A DNA stretch of 64,000 nt from an uncultured Thermoleophilia bacterium (lineage in GTDB: Bacteria > Actinomycetota > Thermoleophilia > RBG-16-64-13), in NCBI GenBank assembly GCA_963749535.1, contig CAVVNF010000018.1:3877-67876 (forward strand). Direction: 5' to 3'. The translations under genes and the position numbers were made by a program. The notes under the pieces are model-generated. The model was not told where the DNA came from. It ran no database searches and worked only from the letters and a program-made list of their open reading frames with translations. How positions within the stretch are numbered: position 1 is the first letter of the stretch; every line of letters starts with the position of its first letter. Positions 51,397-61,162 of the stretch are shown one piece after another.

Positions 51397-52178
51397 ATGC
51401 CTGAAGGACGGACGAGATTCCATGGCAGACCGCCTGCGACATGCGCAGCGGACTTGCACATCCACACGGCGCTGTCGCCCTGTGCGGAGCGACGAGATGA
51501 CGCCCCGCGCCATCGTGGAGGCTGCCTTGGCCCGAGGGCTTGACATGATCGCCATCTGTGACCACAACAGCGCGCGCAACGCCGCCGCCGTGCAGGAGGC
51601 GAGCGGGGAACGCCTGGCCGTTCTCGCCGGCATCGAGATAACGAGCGCGGAAGAGGTCCACGTGGTCGGTCTTTTCCCCGACGCGGCCGCGGCCGAGGCG
51701 GCGGGGTCGGAGATCGCTCCGCTCCTTGGCGACGCCGATAGCGGCTACACGGCGTTCTTCGGCGAACAGCAGGTCCTCGACGCCGAGGGCCGCGTACTCG
51801 ACACCGAGACTGCGGCGCTTGCCTTCGCCACTTCGCTCGAGGTGGACGCGGTGGTCGATCTGGTCCACCGGCACGGCGGTCTGGCGGTGGCGGCGCACAT
51901 CGACCGCAGGGCTTTCAGCGTGTTCTCCCAGCTCGGGTTCTTTCCGACCGAATCGGGTTTCGATGCGGTGGAGATCACTCCGTTCACCGGGGATGATTCG
52001 CCGCGAATGGCGGAATTCGCAGGCTCTGGGCCTGCCCATGACTGCAGCTCGTCCGACAGCCACTACCTCGAAGACATCGGGGCTGCCACGACGAGACTCA
52101 CCGTCGAAGTAGCGACCTTCGCCGAGCTGGCCCTGGCTTTCGCCGGCGCCGAAGGGAGGGCGATCGGTCGATGCATGA
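51397..52178 (+). CDS. PHP-domain phosphoesterase; frame break near 51490; 3' end uncertain
   Basis: ADLHIHTALSPCAE then a shift to MTPRAIVEAALARGLDMIAICDHNSARN...GIEITSAEEVHVVGLF...AAHIDR. Confidence 0.7.
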
Positions 52179-52668
52179 TGTGTCCCTCTATCTGCTCGAC
52201 GTCGCTCGAGAACTCAGTGCGCGCAGGCGCGACGCGCATAAACGTTGGTCTTCGCATCGACCACGCTTCCGACGAGTTGGAGCTGACGGTCGATGATGAC
52301 GGACGGGGTTTGAACGTCGACCCCTGAGCGGATCCTCGATCCCTTCTTCACTACGAAAGAAGGCAAGAAGACGGGACTTGGACTAAGCCTCCTGAGAGCG
52401 GAGGCCGAAGCAGCCGGAAGGGGGGCTCACCATCGGTCCCTCCCCCACCCTCGGTGGGGCCCGAGTAGATGTCACCATGCGCCTCGGCCACGTGGACAGA
52501 CCGCCCCTCGGCGATCTGGCCACGACTCTTGTGGTCACGGCGGTGACGAACCTAGATGTCTTGTTCACTATCAGCCTCGAGGGCGATGAGTTCGGGCAAC
52601 CACTCATCGAGGCACCGCTCACCGAAGCGACCGAACTTCTCCTGCACTGCGCGGAGCGGCTCGCATGA
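52171..52668 (+). CDS. stand-alone histidine-kinase-like (GHKL) ATPase domain protein; about 3 frame breaks
   Basis: MHDVSLYLLDV.LENSVRAGATRINVGL...LELTVDDDGRGLNVDP.RILDPFFTTKEGKKTGLGLSLLRAEAEAAG (N, G1 and G2 boxes). No DHp/His box. Confidence 0.65.
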
Positions 52669-52759
52669 GGCAGCGGCAGCCCTTACCAAGAGCGAAACAG
52701 TCGAAGCGCAGCCCAGGCCCGGGGACGCGCATGTTCAGGTCGGCCAAGGAGGCAACGGC

Positions 52760-53323
52760 ATGACGGCGGAGGCAGAGAATCGGGACGTAAAGTGCACGTG
52801 CTGCGAGGAAGCCTCGGAGGAGGAACTTCTCGCACGGCTCGACGACGTCATCGCCGGTACAAGGAAAAGCCAGGAGCTCTGATCCCGGTGCTGCAGCTCG
52901 CCCAGGGCATCTTCGGGTACCTGCCCGAGGTGGCTCTCAAGCAGGTCGCGACGCGAGCATGCGCAAGCCCTACAGCGAAGTGGCCGGCGTGGTGGGCTTC
53001 TACTCGTTCTTCACCACCGTCCCGCGCGGCAAGCAACCTCATCCGCGTCTGCCTGGGCACCGCCTGCTACGTGCGCGGCGGCATGAACGTGCTCGAGTCG
53101 CTCAAGAAGGAGCTGGGCATCGACGTCGGCGAGCACCACGGAGGACCGCGAGTTCTCGCTCGAGGTCGGCTCGCTGCTTCGGCGCCTGCGGCCTCGCCCC
53201 GGTGATCACGGTCGACGACGACGTCCACCACCGCGTCAAGCCGAAGCGCGGATCCGCGAGATCCTCGCCCAGTACGCACGCAGGAAGCCTTGGAAGCTGC
53301 CGTTGCGTGAGAGGAGCGCCTGA
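52760..53323 (+). CDS. hydC: HydC / NuoE-like [2Fe-2S] subunit of a multimeric [FeFe]-hydrogenase; about 3 frame breaks
   Basis: ATG behind AAGGAGG. Motifs KPGALIPVLQLAQGIFGYLP, IRVCLGTACYVRGG, GRCFGACGLAPV (assembled across frames). Stop overlaps the next ATG (TGATG). Confidence 0.85.
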
Positions 53324-53700
53324 TGGCCGACAAGATCAAGAGTGCCGCCGACCTGCTCGCCCTGGCCCAGAAGGCCAAGGCGGACGTCGACCTGCGCTCG
53401 GGCGCCAAGGAGATCACAGGTGACCGTGCACATGGGCACCTGCGGCATCGCCGCCGGCGCCCGCGACGTGGTGGCCGCTTTCCTGCTCCGAGCTGGCCGA
53501 GGCCAGGGCTCGACAACGTGACCGTCGCGCCAATCCGGCTGCGCCGGCCTCTGCGAGAAGGAGCCCATGGTGACCGTCACGTGACGCCGACGGCGCCGTG
53601 TACCACTACGGGCTGCTCGAGACGGAGCAAGGTCCACAAGATCGTCGAGGAACATCTGGTGGGCGGGGTCCCGGTGGACGCCTACCTCATCAAGCATCGT
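53323..53700 (+). CDS. small thioredoxin-like [2Fe-2S] ferredoxin (HndB-like); frame breaks, 3' end approximate
   Basis: MADKIKSAADLLALAQKAK...VTVHMGTCGIAAGARDVVAAF ... GCAGLCEKEPMVTV ... VHKIVEEHLVGGVPVDAYL. Confidence 0.6.
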
Positions 53701-53737
53701 AGCCGTCGATGTGGATCAGAGATCGAAGGAACCAGAT

Positions 53738-56700
53738 ATGAACGAAATCAAGAACCATGTTCTGATCTGCACAGGCGGCGGCTGCATCGCCTCCGGCGCT
53801 CTCGCGGTGAGCGCCGCCTTCACCAAGGAGCTGGAGGACCAGGGCCTCGCCGGGGAAGTCGCGGTCATCGAGACCGGCTGCCTCGGCCCGTGCGCGGTGG
53901 GCCCGGTGGCCCTCGTCTACCCCGACGGCGTCTTCTACCAGAACATCAAGGTCGAGGACGTGCACGAGATCGTGGAGGAGCACCTGCTCAAGGGCCGCGT
54001 GGTCGAGCGCCTCGTGAGCCACGCCCCAGGCACCGACAAGACCTTCGCCGAGATGCAGCGACGTGGAGTTCTTCAACCGCCAGGTGAAGATCGTGCTGCG
54101 CAACTCGGGCATCATCGACCCGCTCAAGGTCGAAGAGTACATCGCCCGCGAGGGCTACCAGGCGCTGGCCAAAGTCCTCACCGAGATGACCCCCGACCAG
54201 GTGGTCGAGCGAAGTGCTTCGCAGCGGCCTGCGCGGCCGCGGCGGCGCCGGCTTCCCCACCGGCCTCAAGTGGAAATTCGCCCGGCAGACCGAGTCCGAC
54301 GTCAAGTACATCCTCTGCAACGCCGACGAAGGCGACCCGGGCGCCTTCATGGACCGCTCGGTGCTGGAAGGCGACCCGCATAGCCTCATCGAGGGCATGG
54401 CCATCGGCGCCTACGCGATCGGCGCGCACGAGGGCTTCGTCTACCTGCGCGCCGAGTACCCGCTGGCCGTGGAGCGCCTCCAGTACGCCATCGACCAGGC
54501 GCGCGACTTCGGCCTGCTCGGCAAAGACATCATGGGCAGCGGCTTCGACTTCGACCTGGAGATCCGCATGGGCTCCGGCGCCTTCGTCTGCGGCGAGGAG
54601 ACGGCCCTCATGAGCTCCATCGAGGGTGGCCGCGGCGAGCCCCGGCCCCGCCCGCCGTTCCCGGCGGTCAAGGGTCTCTGGGACAAGCCCAGCGTGCTCA
54701 ACAACGTCGAGACCTTCGCCAACATCGCCCCGATCATCCTCAAAGGCGCGGAGTGGTTCGCCAGCACCGGCACCGAGAAGAGCAAGGGCACCAAGGTCTT
54801 CGCCCTCGGCGGCGCCATCCAGCACGCCGGCCTGGTCGAGGTGCCCATCGGCATGCAGCTGGGCGAGATCATCTACGAGATCGGCGGCGGCGTCCCCGGC
54901 GACAAGGCGTTCAAGGCCGTGCAGCTCGGCGGCCCTTCCGGCGGCTGCATCCCCAAGCAGCACCTCAACGTGCCCGTCGACTACGAATCGCTGCAGGAGC
55001 TCGGCGCCATCATGGGCTCCGGCGGCTTCATCGTCATGGACGACGACACCTGCATGGTGGACATCGCCCGCTACTTCCTCGACTTCATCCAGGACGAGAG
55101 CTGCGGCAAGTGCCCGCCCTGCCGGGTCGGCACCAAGCGCATGCTCGAGATCGTCACCCGCATCTGCAACGGCGAGGGCGAAGAAGGCGACATCGAGAAG
55201 CTCATCGACCTCGGCAAGACCATCCAGGACACCGCGCTGTGCGGCCTCGGCCAGACGGCGGCCAACCCGGTGCTGTCGCACCATCCGCCACTTCCGCCAC
55301 GAGTACGAGGCCCACATCCGCGACCACTACTGCGAGGCCGGCGTCTGCTCGACCATGTTCAGCGCTCGCTGCTCCAACGCCTGCCCGGCGAGCGTGAACG
55401 TCCCCGGCTTCGTGAGCCTCATCGGCGAGAAGCGCTTCGACGAGGCCTTGACGCTGCACCGCGAGCGCAACCCGCTGGCCAGCATCTGCGGCCGCGTGTG
55501 CTTCCACCCCTGCGAGAGCAAGTGCCAGCGCGCCGCCCTCGACGACGCCGTCGCCATCCGCGGCGCTCAAGCGCTTCATGACCGAGCAGGAGAACGACGC
55601 CGCAACTGCCGAAAGTCCTGGAAAACGCCGAGAACGCCACGCGCAAGATCGCCGTGATCGGCAGCGGGCCGGCCGGCCTCTCCTGCGCCTACTTCCTCGC
55701 CCGTCTGGGCTACAAGCCCACCATGTTCGAGAAAGAGGCCAGCCCCGGCGGCATGCTCGTGCAGGCGATCCCGGCCTACCGCCTGCCGCGGGAGGAGCTC
55801 GGCCGCGAGATCAGCATGATCGAAAGCATGGGCGTCACGATCAAGACCGGCAAGGCGCTCGGCCGCGACTTCACCCTGCACAGCTGAAAGACCAGGGCTA
55901 CGAGGCAGTGTTCCTGGGCGTGGGCGCCCCGCAGGGCGTCGAGCCTCGGCCTGCCCGGCGAGGATGGCGAGGGCGGTCAGTCGACGGCTCTCAGCTTCCT
56001 CGCGCAGTACAACGTGCACGGCGACCGCCTGGGTGGGCGAGCAGGTCGCCGTCATCGGCGGCGGCAACTCGGCCATCGACGCGGCCCGCACCGCCCTGCG
56101 CCTCGGCGCCAAGAAGGTCACCATCCTCTACCGCCGCCAGCGCGCGCAGATGCCCGCCTGGGCGAGGAGATCGACGCCGCCGACCTCGAGGGCATCGAGA
56201 TCATGCCGCTGGTCGCGCCCGAAGGAGATCGTCCGCGACGCGGCCGGCAAGGTTACCGGCGTGCTCTGCCAGCAGATGGTGCTGGGCGACTACGACAGGA
56301 GCGGCCGTCGCCGTCCCGTGGCCGGCCGCAATCCCGACTTCATCGTGGCGTGCGACCAGGTCATCGCCGCTATCGGGCAGTCGCTCGACGCAGACAGGCA
56401 TGCTCGGAGGCTCTTCCGCTCGAGATGCGCAACGGCTGGATCAAGACCGATCGGGCCGACCGGCGCCACCAGTCGTCGACTGGGTCTTCGCCGGCGGCGA
56501 CGCCGCGACCGGTCCCGCATCGGTGGTGGAGGCCATCGCCGCCGGCGAGAAGGCCGCGGTCGCGATCGACGAACGGCTGAGCGGTGCCAACCATGCGTTC
56601 TGGCGCCGCGACGTGGAGGTCGACTGCTACTTCGATCCCGACGCCGATCCCTGCAATACCCCGAGCGGCGGTCGTCGGCTGTGTCGACCCCAGCGTGCGG

Positions 56701-56822
56701 ACCTGCAGCTTCGACGAGGTCGAGCTGCCCTGGGATATGGATGTCGCGCTGGCAGAGGCCAAGCGTGCCTGCGTTGCGACTACGGCAAGGTCCCGGCCCT
56801 CGCTGAGACCAAGGAGATATGA
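53738..56822 (+). CDS. hydB: HydB/NuoF-like flavoprotein subunit fused to a GltD/NfnB-like NAD(P)H oxidoreductase domain; at least 12 frame breaks
   Basis: N-terminal Trx-like [2Fe-2S]: [15 protein letters not shown]...[10 protein letters not shown]. NuoF core: [37 protein letters not shown] continuous ORF piece runs across the junction: [82 protein letters not shown]. GltD-like motifs follow: [67 protein letters not shown]. Confidence 0.85.
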
Positions 56823-56823
56823 G

Positions 56824-58609
56824 ATGCCTGCCCTGACTATTGACGACATCAAGGTCGAGGTGCCCGAAGGCACGACCTTGCTCGACGCCTGCCGCCAGGT
56901 GGGCGCCAGGGTCCCCACTCTGTGCTACCTGGAAGGCGTGCAGTGCCATCGGCGCCTGCCGGGTGTGCCTGGTGGAGGTGGAAGGCGCGCGCGACGCTGG
57001 TCGCCTCCTGCGCTCAACCCGCCACCGAGGGCATGGTGGTCAAGACCAATTCGCCTCGCGTGCGCAAGGGCCGGCAGACCGTGGTCGAGCTGCTCCTGTC
57101 CGAGCACGACGGCGATTGCCAGACCTGCGACCGCAACGGCGACTGCGAGCTGCGCCAGCTTGCCTACGACCTGGGCATCGACGAGATCACGCTACGAGGG
57201 CGAGCGGACCCGCAAGATCGTCGACAGCTCCACCCCGGCCCTCGTCCGCGACACCGGCAAGTGCATCATGTGCCGGCGGTGCGTCACGGTCTGCAACGAG
57301 ATGCAGGGCGTGGGCGCCCTCTTCCCGCAGGATCGCGGCTTTGCCACGGTAATCGGCCCCGCGTTCGCCAGCAACCTCAGCGACGTGGTGTGCGTGCAGT
57401 GCGGCCAGTGCGCGGCCGTCTGCCCCGTCGGCGCGATCACCGAGAACAGCGCGATCGACCAGGTCTGGGCCGCCCTCGACGACCCCGACCAAGCACGTGA
57501 TCGTGCAGACCGCGCCCGGCCATCCGCGGCGCTCTGGGCGAGGAGTTCGGCTACGAGCCCGGCACGCTGGTCACCGGCAAGATGGTCGTCAGCCCTGCGC
57601 CGGCTCGGCTTCGACGCGGTGTTCGACACCAACTTCACCGCCGACCTCACCATCATGGAGGAGGGCACCGAGCTGCTGACCCGCCTGAAGAAGGCCCTGG
57701 TCGACGGCCAGACCGGTGGCGCTGCCCATGTTCACGAGCTGCTCTCCCGGCTGGATCAACTACATGGAGCACTTCAACCCGGACATGCTCGCCAACCTGT
57801 CCACCTGCAAGTCGCCCGCAGCAGATGTTCGGCGCGCTGGCCAAGACCTACTACGCCGAGAAGCTGGGCAAGAAGCCCGAGGACATCGTCGTGGTCTCGG
57901 TCATGCCGTGCACCGCCAAGAAGTTCGAGTGCAGCCGTCCCGAGATGACCGACAGTGGCGTGCAGGACGTCGACATGGTGCTCACGACCCGTGAGCTGGC
58001 GCGCATGATCAAGCAGGCCGGCATCGACTTCGCAGCCTGCCCGACGACAAGATGGACGCGCCGCTGGGCATCTCGCACCGGCGCGGCCGACATCTTCGCC
58101 GTCACCGGCGGCGTGATGGAGGCGGCGCTGCGCACGGCCTACGAGATCGTCACCGGCAAGCCGTTCCCGTTCGAGAACCTGCACGTCAAGCCCATCGCAG
58201 GGCCTCGAAGGCGTGAAGGAGGCCGCGGTGACCGATCGAGGACGACCGTGCCCGAATGGGCGTTCCTCGAGGGCGCCACGCTCAAGGTCGCCGTGGCCCA
58301 CGGCCTGGCGAACGCCCAGAAGGTCATCGACAGGATCCGCAGCGGCGAGGCGCCAGTACCACTTCGTCGAGGTCATGACCTGCCCCGGCGGCTGCATCGG
58401 CGGCGGCGGCCAGCCGCGGCTGACCTCCAACGCCGTGCGCGAGGCCCGCATCCGCGCCATCTACGCCGAGGACGAGGGCCGCGAGCTGCGCAAGTCGCAC
58501 GAGAACCCCGAGGTGCTCAAGCTGTACGAGGAGTTCCTCGGGGCAGCCGCTCGGCGAGAAGTCTCACAAACTGCTGCACACCAAGTACACCGAGAAAGAG
58601 CGCGTCTAG
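56824..58609 (+). CDS. hydA: [FeFe]-hydrogenase catalytic subunit (M3-type with C-terminal small-subunit-like tail); at least 8 frame breaks
   Basis: N-terminal clusters: IGACRVCLVEVEG, LLLSEHDGDCQTCDRNGDCELRQ, GKCIMCRRCVTVC, VCVQCGQCAAVCPVGAI. H-cluster motifs: FTSCSPGW, VMPCTAKKFE, EVMTCPGGCIGGGGQP. Tail: SHENPEVLKLYEEFLG. Confidence 0.9.
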
Positions 58610-58644
58610 TGAGCCAAGGCCCGATGCTATTCGTGGAGACAGCC

Positions 58645-59109
58645 ATGACCGCGGATAGCCCCGCACTCATACTCATCGTCGACGACGACTATGACTTCCT
58701 CGAGATCAACCGCATGATCCTCGAGCGGGCGGGTTATCGCGTTGTCACGGCTTCCGAGCCCGGCCAGGCCCTTGCCAAGATGGAGAACGAGAAGCCCGAC
58801 CTGGTCATCACCGACCTGATGATGACGAGCCTCGACTCAGGCTTCTCGTTCTCCCGCACGATCAAGACCGACCCGCGTTTCGCGGATGTGCCCGTCATCA
58901 TCTCGACGTCGGTGTCGAGCGCCCTTGGCCTCGACTTCCGGCCGCGCTCCGCCGAGGACCTGGCGAAGATGAACGTCGACGCCTACTTCGACAAGCCCCT
59001 CGACGCCCGGCGCCTGCTGGCCAAGGTCGCCGAGCTGCTTGCGGCGCGGCGCGAGGCCGCGGCCGGCCGAGCGTGCGACACGGCCGGCGCCGCACCCGAG
59101 GACAGCTGA
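58645..59109 (+). CDS. single-domain response regulator (receiver only); alternative start 58624
   Basis: LILIVDDDYDFLEI...PDLVITDLMM...VPVIISTS...DAYFDKP. Confidence 0.8.
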   Translation: MTADSPALILIVDDDYDFLEINRMILERAGYRVVTASEPGQALAKMENEKPDLVITDLMMTSLDSGFSFSRTIKTDPRFADVPVIISTSVSSALGLDFRPRSAEDLAKMNVDAYFDKPLDARRLLAKVAELLAARREAAAGRACDTAGAAPEDS

Positions 59110-61140
59110 TGCCGACGGTAGACAATCCGCTCGTCACGACCATCGGCGAGAGGTGCCGCATGTGCTACGCGTGCGTGCGCGAGTGCCCGGCCAAAGCCAT
59201 CCAGATCGTCGACGGCCAGGCCAGCGTCATCCAGTCGCGCTGCATCGGCTGCGGCAACTGCCTCCGGGTCTGCAGCCAGAACGCCAAGCAGGTCCGTCGA
59301 CGACACCGAGCGGGCTTTCGACCTGCTCGGCTCGCGCGACAGCGGCCGCGGCGATCGTGGCCCCGAGCTTCCCGGCCGAGTTCACCGATATCGAGCCGGG
59401 ACGGCTGGTGGCGATGATCCGCGAGCTCGGCTTCGCCGTCCGTGCACGAGGTGGGCTCTCGGCGCCGACCTGGTCGCCCACGAATACGCCAGGCTGCTCG
59501 GAGCGCGAGCCGACAGAGCCGCTACATCGCCACTCCCTGCCCGGCGGTGCAGTCGCTACGTGCGCAAGTATCACCCCGAGCTCACGCAGTTCCTCGGCGC
59601 CGATCGTCTCGCCCATGGTGGCGATGCGCGCGGGCGCTCCGCCACGATCTGGGCCGACGATCTTCAAGTCGTCTTCATCGGCCCCTGCATCGCCAAGAAG
59701 GGCGAGGCCAGCATCGACACGACCCATGTCGAGATCGACGCGGTGCTCACGTTCGCGGAACTGCGCGAGATGTTCGAGCAAGCGGAGATCGTCGCCGGCG
59801 CGGTAGACCCGGACGATGATTTCGATCCTCCGTACGGCGGCGTGGGAGCGGTATTTCCCATCTCGGGCGGACTTCTGCAGACCGCCGGACTTCAACAGGA
59901 CCTGCTGAGCGGTGAGATAGTCGTGGCCGAGGGGCGCGACGAGTTCGTCGATGCGATCAAGGAGTTCGACGTGGCCCACGAGGATGCCCGTCTCTGGACG
60001 TGCTGTCGTGCCAGGGTTGCTTCGCAGGCGTAGGCATGACGACCAAGGATACGAACCTCCAGCGCCGGACCCGCATCAGCAACTATGCCAAGAACCGGAT
60101 CGCCGGATTCAGCGACGAGCAGAGAGCGGACGTCGCCAACGCGTACGAACGTTATGCCGACCTCGACCTTTCCCGCACGTTTCGGCCCGACATCCAGACG
60201 CTGGGCGCGCCTGCGACCGCCGAGGAACTCAAGGAGATCCTGCGAGCGGATGGGCAAGCACAGCGAGGAGGACTTGCTCAACTGCGGGGCCTGCGGCTAC
60301 GACACCTGCCTGGACCATGCGCGTGCGGTTTACGCTGGTGTCGCCGACTCAGAGATGTGCCTTCCCAGCACCATCGAGCAGCTGCGCGCCGCCTACGGCC
60401 AGCTCGAGGAGTCTCACCGCTCGCTGGAGGAAGCCAAGGAAGCTCTCGAGAAATCGGGCAGGCTCGCGAGCATGGGTCAGCTGGCCGCCGGCATCGCCCA
60501 CGAGGTGAACAATCCGCTCGGCATCCTGCTGCTGCATGCCAATCTCGTGCTCGAAGAATGTGAGGAGCAATCCCAGGTCCACGAGGACCTCGAGACCATC
60601 GTCGACCAGGCGAACCGCTGCAAGCGCATCATCTCCGGTCTGCTCAACTTCGCCCGCCAAAGCCGGGTGGTCCGCCAGCCGACCAACCTCGTCGATCTGG
60701 TGCAGAAGGTACTGCACACCACTCCGATCAGCGAGGGCATCGAGGTGCGGGTCGACGACCAGCTGGAAGACCCGGTGGCCGAGATCGACTCGGATCAGAT
60801 AGTCCAGGTGCTTACGAACTTGTTGAGCAACGCCCAGCACGCGATGCCCGAGGGCGGCAGCATCGTGGTCGGATTGAGCGACAAGCCGGAAGAGGTCATC
60901 ATCCAGGTCACCGACAGCGGCAGCGGGATCCCGGACGAGAACATGGCGAAGCTGTTCGACCCGTTCTTCACCACCAAGCAGGTGGGCATGGGCACCGGCC
61001 TGGGGCTGGCCGTGACCCACGGCATCGTCAAGATGCACCGCGGCCAGATCACGGTCCAATCCAACCAGGATCCGGAAAAGGGCCCGACCGGCACCACATT
61101 CACGGTCAGCTTGCCGCGTTACGAGGAGCGCCCGGCCTAA
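59109..61140 (+). CDS. sensor histidine kinase whose input is ferredoxin + HydS-like H-domain homolog + Cx2Cx4Cx16C motif; at least 5 frame breaks in the N-terminal half
   Basis: Ferredoxin: CRMCYACVRECP and CIGCGNCLRVCS. H-domain-like motifs: IATPCPAV (L1-like), VVFIGPCIAKKGE (L2-like), DVLSCQGCFAG (L3-like). Fe-S motif: NCGACGYDTCLDHARAVYAGVADSEMCLP. A coiled coil leads straight to the kinase: H box AAGIAHEVNNPL, N box LLSNAQHAM, G1 DSGSGIP, G2 GTGLGLAV. TGATG overlap with the receiver gene. Confidence 0.8.
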
Positions 61141-61162
61141 AACGGCGAAAGTTGAGGACCTC

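Noticed and set aside
54178-55317. Long antisense or alternative-frame ORFs: for example 379 aa on the - strand opposite hydB, 466 aa at 32308-33708 on the + strand, 242 aa at 9544-10272 on the - strand, and 226 aa at 10416-11096 on the - strand.
   Set aside because: They are Arg/Ala/Gly/Pro-rich, lack motifs, and overlap genes with clear homology-like signatures. They are typical stop-poor shadow ORFs of high-GC DNA.
57734-57754. The hydA L1 motif reads TSCSPGW instead of the textbook TSCCPxW, so the second Cys is replaced by Ser.
   Set aside because: A single G-to-C base difference (TGT versus TCT) in an error-prone assembly would produce it. I also recall C/S variation at this position being listed in motif compilations. 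It is not safe to interpret.
52760-58609. Reading the many frame breaks in hydC, hydB-gltD and hydA as genuine pseudogenisation of the hydrogenase while its regulators stay intact.
   Set aside because: The same kind of break hits gltX three times, at C-run contractions. The broken genes are also the most GC3-rich ones. A technical origin is the simpler explanation and cannot be separated from decay without reads.
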